In this document: positions 55,699-64,000 of the stretch, piece by piece
Numbering within the stretch: the first letter of the stretch is position 1
Layout: every line of letters begins with the position of its first letter
DNA from: Macrostomum hystrix
Lineage: Eukaryota > Animalia > Platyhelminthes
Direction of reading: 5' to 3'
Length of the DNA stretch: 64,000 bases
NCBI GenBank assembly: GCA_950097015.1
Contig: CATNEN010000039.1
Span: 6,386,001 to 6,450,000 of the forward strand
The notes under the pieces: model-generated
The model's input: only the letters and a program-made list of their open reading frames with translations
Databases searched by the model: none
What the model was told of the DNA's origin: nothing
Position numbers and translations under genes: made by a program

Positions 55699-58600
55699 TC
55701 AAGCTGCCACCTCCTCCCTCCGTGGCGCCGTTTCAAACAGGGCGGCTCGGTTCTGGCTCTCGGCCTTCTTAACCCAGTGGCCGTAGACCAGAAAGGCTGT
55801 GGAGTCAACCAGGCTGCGGAGGCCGCGCACGCCGTAGGGATCTTGCCGCAGTCGGCTGGCCGGCAGGTGACGCTGCGGAGTGGCAACGGCTGACGGCGCC
55901 TGGCAGCAGCGGTGCAGGCGGGCTAGGCAGCGGACGGCCAGCATGGCGGAGCGGAATCGAACCCGGGCGTTGATGGTGGAAGCGGCTGATCTGGCTGGCA
56001 GGTCCTGTGTTGAATTTGATGGGGTGGAGTTGAATTGCATTTTAAGACGGTCAAAATAAAAAAGCAGCTACTTTGCAGTTCAATTATTTTCCTAGGTCTT
56101 TCAAGTGCGAAATTCGCAGACTAAAGTATGAACTAGACAGGGGTTGTAGTCTAGAGCGTCGGACTCACGACATGAAGGTCGAAGGTTCGATTCCCAGCTT
56201 TTGCACTCGTACTATGGCTAGACACTTAACTCTGCATCGCTTCAGTTCACCCAGCTGTTAAATGGGTACCATGCATTAGCTGGGATAATTGAGGGTGGGT
56301 GTGGCGTCCCATTTGTCCATGGACTGAACAGCCGTACGCAGCATTCAAATGCTCAACATCTGGCCCTATGAAAACTTTATAATCTCCGTTAATTTTTAAA
56401 CAATTGAAATACTTTCGCCTAGCAACCAAACAGCTGGAGGCAACTAAGATCGAATTCTTAGTTCGGTACGCACATTTCTGGCCAGAAACGGATGGAGCAG
56501 AGCTTGGCTGGCTGTCAGCCGTTCCACAGGGTTGGTCAGCAGCAGCCGCCTGATGAGGTCCTTGGCGGCCTCCGTGGCCTCCTCCCAGTCGGGCGAGTCC
56601 AGGCTGAAGCGAGCCTCCATAATCATCCGCAGCATGGTCATCTGGCGCCGGTGCCAGAATGGCGGCGAGCCACTGAGCAGGGTGTACATGAGCACACCGC
56701 TAGCCCACAGGTCCACTGGCCTAAGCGGGTTTAGGTGTGAAGCTGGATCAATCGATAGCCGATATGTGTCGAAACAAATTAAAACTGAGGCCTCAGACAT
56801 TAGGTGTTAGATGCTATGATAGGGTGTTAGATATGATGACAGGGTGTTAGATATGTTGACAGGGTGTTACATATGATGACAGGGTGATAGATATGATGAA
56901 AGGGTGTTAGATATTATGACAGGGTGTTAGATATGATGAACGAGTGTTAGATATGATGAAAGGGTGTTAGATATGATGACAGGGTGTTAGATATAATGAC
57001 AGGGTGTTAGATATGATGACAGGGTGTTAGATATGCTGACAGGGTGTTAGATATTATGACAGGGTGTTAGATATGATGACAGGGTCTTAGATATGATGAC
57101 AGGGTGTTAGATATGATGACAGGGTGTTAGATATGATGACAGGGTGTTAGATATGATGACAGGGTGTTAGATATGATGACAGAGTGTTAGATATGATGAC
57201 AGGATGTTAGATATGATGACAGGGTGTTAGATATGATGACAGGGTGTTAGATATGATGACAGGGTGTTAGATATGATGAAAGGGTATTAGATATGATGAC
57301 AGGGTGTTAGATATGATGACAGGGTGTTAGATATGATGACAGGGTGTTAGATATGATGACAGGGTGTTAGATATGATGACAGGGTGTTAGATATGATGAC
57401 AGGGTGTTAGATATGATGACAGGGTGTTAGATATGATGTTTTAAAGCATTTAGCTTGCTAAAGTAAAGAATAAATTCTCTATACAGTCATGCAAATTGGA
57501 GGCCAAACCTTCCGTAGCCGCGAATGTCGCGAATCTCGTACATGTTGATCACGAGAATCTCCGGGCTCAAGTAGCTCGGCGTGCCGCAAAGGTCAGTGAG
57601 ACTGTCGTCATTATCAACAACTATAGCAAAGCCGAAGTCGGTAAGTTTAACATTCATATCAGCGTCAAGAAGGATGTTCTCAGCTTTGACATCGCGATGT
57701 ACAATCATGCGACTGTGCAGGTAGTCGATGGCGCTTAACAGCTGCTTCATCACTGCCCGGGTGCGCTTTTCGGACATGCGCACCACCCGATTCAGGTGCT
57801 CGAACAGCTCACCGTTCGGACACCTGGGCAAGGGAACGATGAGATCGTCTCCAACATTTGAATCAAAATTAACTAACTTTCAAAGCCGAACAATTTCATC
57901 AATCGAAAATAGTAAAAAATGACATGGTTACATGATGACAGTCAGCAGAAAACTTCCCTATATTGGTGGTTTTGCCACCAGACACCCCGATGAAAGTTGT
58001 TTCATCGGATACAGCAAAACTTTTAGCTTGTCTTCTGCATTTTCAAGAAGATCGTTTTTTAATATTTTGGGGAATACAGAAAAAAAACAAAAACGTACGT
58101 ATTTGAAATACCCCCATGATCTGTCTATTGTTAAATAGTCGCATGCTCGCTATACCTACTAGAAGTAGTGTTAGTAAAACAGCAGGCCGGGCGTCTGACA
58201 TACACGTAGTGGAGAGAAAATGAGGGCACGAAGACGCAAGTAAAGGGTTTTGCAGGGGGAGGGGGAAGAGAATGGAGAGGGCTAGGCCAGACTAGTGGGG
58301 ACTGGGGGTTTGCGCGAAGGGGGCACGGGAAAATCGATAATAGATTGCGTGGACGGTGCAGGCATGGCCAAGAGTGAATATGATTGGCTGATCAATAGAA
58401 TAAGGGCCAAGCGCATTACTGCGGTACTCACAACTCAAATACAAAGAAGATGAAGGCCTCAGTCTCGAAGTTGTCGTGCAGCCGGATGATGCTCGCGTGG
58501 CCCTGCACCATTCGCAGAATCCGCAGCTCGCGCAGAGTCTCCTGCCTATCCGCATTCAGCGTATTGAGATCGATCACTTTCACAGCGAAGGATTTGTTGG

Positions 58601-58845
58601 TGGCGCGCTCCTGGCAGCGACGGACAACGCTGCTCAGTCCGCTGAGGCCAAGAGAGTTTTTTTATTAGCTAAAGCTGTCGGAGATTATATGTAGTCCGAA
58701 TTTCATTGCTAATAACTCACCGACCAAGGATTTCCTTTGGCTCATACTGCCCATTGAATTTGTTGCAGAATTCCAGCTTCTCATCTTGCTGCTGCTGCTG
58801 CTGCTGATGATGATGATGATCTTTTGAATCATCAGAGAATGTCAT
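55699..58845 (-). CDS. PHKG: Phosphorylase kinase gamma catalytic subunit, ~400 aa, 5 exons
   Basis: Exons 58845-58721, 58641-58432, 57823-57509, 56720-56474, 56004-55699. YEPKEILGR|[14 protein letters not shown]|[56 protein letters not shown], and the C-terminal DPY...[11 protein letters not shown]...QNRAALFE. Confidence 0.92.
56135..56345 (+). mobile_element. tRNA-derived SINE-like element in a PHKG intron
   Basis: tRNA-like head with B box GGTTCGATTCC, then AGACACTTAACT...GTTCACCCAGCTGTTAAATGGGTACC, a body shared with 41068-41230. Confidence 0.6.
56803..57438. repeat. Minisatellite, 20-bp unit AGGGTGTTAGATATGATGAC (PHKG intron 3)
   Basis: ~31 copies. Confidence 0.95.
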
Positions 58846-58911
58846 GGCAGTTAATTTGCGGTCTGGAATCGGATATTCAGTCTGGTCAGACTCTCGAGTG
58901 TCGAACTGATC

Positions 58912-59927
58912 AACACTGATGAGAGTACAGCAAGATGATGGGAGCTGACACACTGATGAAAGGACAGCAGGATGATGGCAGCTGACACACTGATAAAAGG
59001 ACTGCAGGATGATGGATGGCAGCTGACACACTGATGAAAGGACAGCAGGATGATGGCAGCTGACACACTGATAAAAGGACTGCAGGATGATGGATGGCAG
59101 CTGACACACTGATAAAAGGACAGCAGGATGATGGATGGCAGCTGACACACTGATAAAAGGACAGCAGGATGATGGATGGCAGCTGACACACTGATGAAAG
59201 GACAGCAGGATGATGGATGGCAGCTGACACACTGATGAAAGGACAGCAGGATGATGGATGGCAGCTGACACACTGATAAAAGGACTGCAGGATGATGGAT
59301 GGCAGCTGACACACTGATGAAAGGACAGCAGGATGATGGCAGCTGACACACTGATAAAAGGACTGCAGGATGATGGATGGCAGCTGACACACTGATAAAA
59401 GGACAGCAGGATGATGGATGGCAGCTGACACACTGATAAAAGGACAGCAGGATGATGGATGGCAGCTGACACACTGATGAAAGGACAGCAGGATGATGGA
59501 TGGCAGCTGACACACTGATGAAAGGACAGCAGGATGATGGATGGCAGCTGACACACTGATAAAAGGACAGCAGGATGATGGATGGCAGCTGACACACTGA
59601 TGAAAGGACAGCAGGATGATGGATGGCAGCTGACACACTGATGAAAGGACAGCAGGATGATGGATGGCAGCTGACACACTGATGAAAGGACAGCAGGATG
59701 ATGGATGGCAGCTGACACACTGATAAAAGGACAGCAGGATGATGGATGGCAGCTGACACACTGATAAAAGGACAGCAGGATGATGGATGGCAGCTGACAC
59801 ACTGATGAAAGGACAGCAGGATGATGGATGGCAGCTGACACACTGATGAAAGGACAGCAGGATGATGGATGGCAGCTGACACACTGATAAAAGGACTGCA
59901 GGATGATGGATGCAGCTGACACACTGT
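58912..59927. repeat. Minisatellite, 37/41-bp unit CAGCTGACACACTGATRAAAGGACAGCAGGATGATGGATGG upstream of the PHKG ATG
   Basis: ~25 copies. The minus strand reads ...CTGTCCTTTYATCAG|TGTGTCAG, which is acceptor-like. Confidence 0.95.
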
Positions 59928-60707
59928 AACGCATTGACACGATTTACTAAGCACAGAAATAACAGAGAAGCGTAGTGTAAAGATTTTGTATAAACATAAT
60001 GCAGAATATCATCTATATATTAGTTTTTTGCAAGACTAAAAGTTAATACACGTAATTGTTTGTCAATATCAAAATAAAAAGTGTTCAATTAATTAAAGGG
60101 GTATATGCTATGAACTTCATACTAAAGTTTTTTATGTAGCAGCAAATTGATTTAAAATCTGAGGGTAGAGTTGTAGAAAGCCATGGGAGAGACTAAATTT
60201 GTATATTCTGCGAAAAAACGCCATTTTTTTACTTTTTACTTTTTTAATAAGGCCACTTTGTTTGTAAAACATGTTAATGACTGCAAAAGATTAGCATTAT
60301 ATAACCTTGCGACAAAAATATTGCACTTCTAATCGAATAAAAAAATTAATTAATTGTCTACTAGACAGCCGATTCGGGAACACGAGAAAAGCTTAAGCAA
60401 AATCGGCGCATTTTATGAGGCAAAAAGAAAATATAGCCAAGAGACATCGCGCATCCAATCGCTTGGCAAAAGGGAAAAATCGCAGCTAATCAGGAGACAA
60501 GAGGAATAGAGAGAGAGACAGATCGCAGCCAATAAAAAGGCATGAGGGAAAGAGAGGGACACTTCGCGGCCAATCAGGCGACAAGGAGGAGAATAATAAG
60601 GAAACTGCACAGCCTACAGGATAGAGAAAAGAAATAGTCGCAGACTCAGCCAATCAGTAATCAGGCAAAATCAGGCAGCCAATAAAAAGCATTCAGAAAA
60701 AATCTAA

Positions 60708-63175
60708 TCAGGAAAGCGTGCTGGAGTGATGCCGATGCTTGTCAAGCTTCTCCGCCTCGGGGCCCTCCTTCGGCAGCTGAAGTGATCGCCTGAACTGCTC
60801 AACATCAGCCGATTCGTCAATAGCCTGGAGAGCTTTGAACGCGTTGGAGTAGAGCTCGGCAGCTTTGAGATGCCAGGCCAGCTCGCTAAAGACATAATTG
60901 AGCAGAACAGAGCGCAGGCCAGTGACTCGGCGGGCCTCAAAGCTCAGCAGCTGACGATTGAATGGCTGCTGTGGATCAGCTGAGCCGTCGGAAGCTGGCT
61001 TGGCCAATTCAGCCTTGCGCCGGCGCTGACTTTGACTGAACGACTTCCTCAGGTCAGTCTGGAATTAAATACTTTCTTTTTTTAGTGAAAAACGGTGGCA
61101 ATAAGATTGGAAAAAATTAACTCTGTCACATAGGAGGCATGAAATATAAGATCGAGCTTAAACACAAGAACCACAAAGAGTAGAAGGATGTGAAACAGCT
61201 TTGTTTCTGCTTCTAATCAAAAGCTGTCACTATCCAAATATGAAAAGTGAAACTTTCCTATCTCCGTAGTGTATTTGTTTTTCACGAAAACCAGCCTTCG
61301 CATTTTTTCAATGAAACGTAGTTTCCCGTCCTTTTACTCCTAGTGGTCCTTGCTTAACAGTGGAACTTAAGAGGTCCATTTTGATTCATTTTTAGCTTTG
61401 TAGTAAGGAAATAAATTTTAGTAACACAGATTTAAGTAACACGAGTGGGTTTAAAAAAAATTCATCGTACCGATAAATTGTAGATTACATCGCAGTGTTG
61501 GACATTCGTTATTAGTTACGAATTTGGTAAAGATCGTTACTTTTAGCAACGGGAATTTTCCCGTTACCACCGGCTGGTAACGAGTCGTTACCAACAGTGT
61601 GATTTTTCCACCCTGACCATTTTTCATTACCAATGTCCGAAAAAAGTTTTCTAAGTAAGACATTAAGGCACTGTCAAACAAACAATGTGCTGCATGTTAA
61701 GTACGTTTTAAATTGTTTGTGAATTTTTACTTAGATGTATTTACTCGATTTCTTTAATAAATATGTAAAATAACGATTTAAAGTAACGAACGTTACAATT
61801 TTTTAGCGTTACAAAATGGTCAGTAACCACCATTGCCATTACTTTTTAATGCGCCTAACACTGTTACATAGTCTCACCTGTGATCCCCTGTGCTGATTGC
61901 CGAACTTCGCAAACTCGTGCAGCACGTGATTCTCCAAGTTGCGCACGTGACTGTCTCTGTACTCCTCAACATCGGCAAGAATGGTGGCCGCCTGAGCAAG
62001 CGCAGCTTTCGTAGTCTTGTCGTGCTTCTCCGATCTGGCACAGGCACCCAGTAAGGTGGCGATGTCGTCTGCATTGTCGCGCTGCTTTCCAGTGCGCCGA
62101 GTGTAAGCCACGAACAATTGGAAGAGGTCCGAGTGCAGGCGGTCCTGCTCCGGTATGACCTTGTCCACGTACTCTTTGGTGGGTAGCGTGCTAGATCCAA
62201 AGATTTAGAGAGTAGGGATAATTTTGCATGAGCACGTACATGTAAAAATCTTTGAGGTATTTAAGTGAAACATTTCGGCCTAAAATATTTACAAAAAATC
62301 ACTCCACTACTTTAAGTAAAAAACTTGTGATCTCTAAACCTTCACACTCAAAAACTTATGAATATTATAATATTACACTTGGGTCTCAAAAACTGGGTGA
62401 CTGAAATAAAAATTTATTTCTCTGTAACAGTTATTAAAATTTACGAGAAAAAACACAACCGCAGTTAGTAATTTTATTAACTATAAATTATAGATAATAA
62501 TAGGTTATTGAAAAGCATACTATCGGTTTGCAATTCCTAGATACTCATATCTATGTCCTTATATTTGGTATAATATCTACTTTACTATTTACTACTTGCA
62601 AACATCTATATAAGTATATATAAAGTACTAAAAGACTGTTGCCACAATTTTAGATTTTTAAATCGCTCGTCACCTAAACAATTTAGGTGGAATCTAGGCA
62701 CTGCGAGATTAATAAACAATCAATAATATTTATTAGTTACTTAAAAAGTGTATAAAATATTAGAGTCAATACTTCCAAAGTGTAATTTCTGTTAAGCACA
62801 CCTCAGTGACTGAGTCGTATTTGATATAAAATATTGTATAATTGCACTTTAGGTTTACTTTACAACAGCTGGTTTATAAGCTAGTTCATTTTAAAATTTA
62901 TGAACAAGAAACAAAACATTTTATGGTTTATTATTGTATTGGAGAACACTTTAAAGGATAAAACGCACTGTTGCCAACAATACTATATTATAAAAAGCAC
63001 CGATTTTACTCGATATTTTTATAGTAACTTAGAACTAAACTAAAGCATAATTTTACTTTTTTTATCAATGTAAATGTGACGAATTCATGACACCAATGAT
63101 TTACTATATATACATACACACAAACTAAAGAATGTCTGAATAAAAAAATATTTTTAAATACCTCGCACGTGCCAT
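60708..63175 (-). CDS. FAM92: FAM92/CIBAR BAR-domain ciliary protein, ~225 aa, 3 exons
   Basis: Exons 63175-63162 (MARA, phase 2), 62190-61878, 61058-60708. LFQLFVAYTRRTGKQRDNAD, LADVEEYRDSHVRNLE and FEARRVTGLRSVLLNYVFSELAWHLKAAELYSNAF match the FAM92 BAR pattern. Confidence 0.8.
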
Positions 63176-64000
63176 TTCGAGACTCGGCAAGGCTGTAGTA
63201 GCCAATAGGCGGTATAAGCCGAATGTTGAGATAAAAACGTTACTAACCAGAAACCAAAATGCTAATAAAAGTCAATGTTATAGTTGTATATTTCTTTCGC
63301 CGTAATATTAAAAGAAAAATTTTTTATTTTTTGTTTTTTATAAATTTACATTATACTGCATTTTGTGAATCGTATTTGCAAAGTGTTTTAATTTGTTTTA
63401 TCTAATTAACAACGGAACAACTAAATTACTTATACAAATTAGCTTAATTAAATAAAGCTAAATAACTCTTTAATTAAACGAAATAAATATATTGTACATT
63501 GCTACCTAATTTGGAGACAACAATATTTATTTCTATTGTTCGTTTCAGAAAATTGGGTCTGTTATGCAACAAAAAATCATTCGACTCGTGATTCAGATAA
63601 TGCAACAGAATTACACTATTTTTGTCGGTATTGCCCTAAGCGTAGCGATTCAGAATAGATCGAAAACGAGAGAATAGCTGGATTCTTCAATTGTAGATGA
63701 ATAACGACGGAGAATCATGCGGTTTAGCTACTTGAACTAAATCAGAGTGTATTTAATAAATTAATATATATATTAAATTAATGTTACACGCAGTTACTAC
63801 AATATATAATATGGTCTTTGAACTATAAAATAGGTCACAACGATGCGAAGGAAAATTTCTGAGGAAAAATTAAGACAACAAGTTACCTACTGCACTAAAG
63901 GTAGATCAACATAGATATAATATATGCTTATGCTTATTAATAATATCGCGAGAACTCAAATACTTTGCTCTTAGTTCAATAAGGACATGCTGGTGCACGC

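Noticed and set aside
54860-55786. 308-aa DRDQGSGSRIGIK ORF
   Set aside because: Translation of the 13-bp tandem repeat, antisense to the PHKG 3' end.
61493-61600. Short element with CAGTGTTGG...CCAACAGTG ends and GTAACG motifs
   Set aside because: Possible MITE remnant, but the inverted repeat is short and imperfect and no TSD could be confirmed.

Overview
Eukaryotic (animal) genomic DNA with spliceosomal GT-AG introns, not a prokaryotic window. The style (GC-rich poly-Q/poly-G exons, AT-rich spacers, a private minisatellite in most introns) suggests a free-living flatworm such as Macrostomum; this is inference only. Exon models were built by hand and checked for phase. On the + strand: an ETO/MTG8/CBFA2T (nervy) corepressor (1760-13901) and a candidate 50-aa membrane microprotein (26340-27431). 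On the - strand, seven head-to-tail genes: FAM92/CIBAR, PHKG, HSP110/HSPA4-like (with a perfect heat-shock element), DDHD/SEC23IP phospholipase A1, PUM3/Puf-A, RAD51C and an OST-alpha/SLC51A-like transporter. A near-identical 3.87-kb tandem duplication makes a PUM3-5'/DDHD-3' chimera. There is also a non-autonomous Merlin/IS1595-type element, several tRNA-derived SINE-like elements and about 30 minisatellite arrays; most long ORFs in the supplied track are artefacts of these arrays. Main findings: (1) some arrays are amplified splice junctions, notably a PUM3 50-bp unit that is itself a complete GT...AG mini-intron, giving 18 junction copies (a possible recursive-splicing train), and a 20-copy donor array in OST-alpha; (2) reverse-complementary arrays flank one ETO exon; (3) unrelated arrays share an AGGGTGT core; (4) RAD51C has no visible ATG and begins in frame at a 3' splice site, which fits initiation at the AUG of a flatworm trans-spliced leader.
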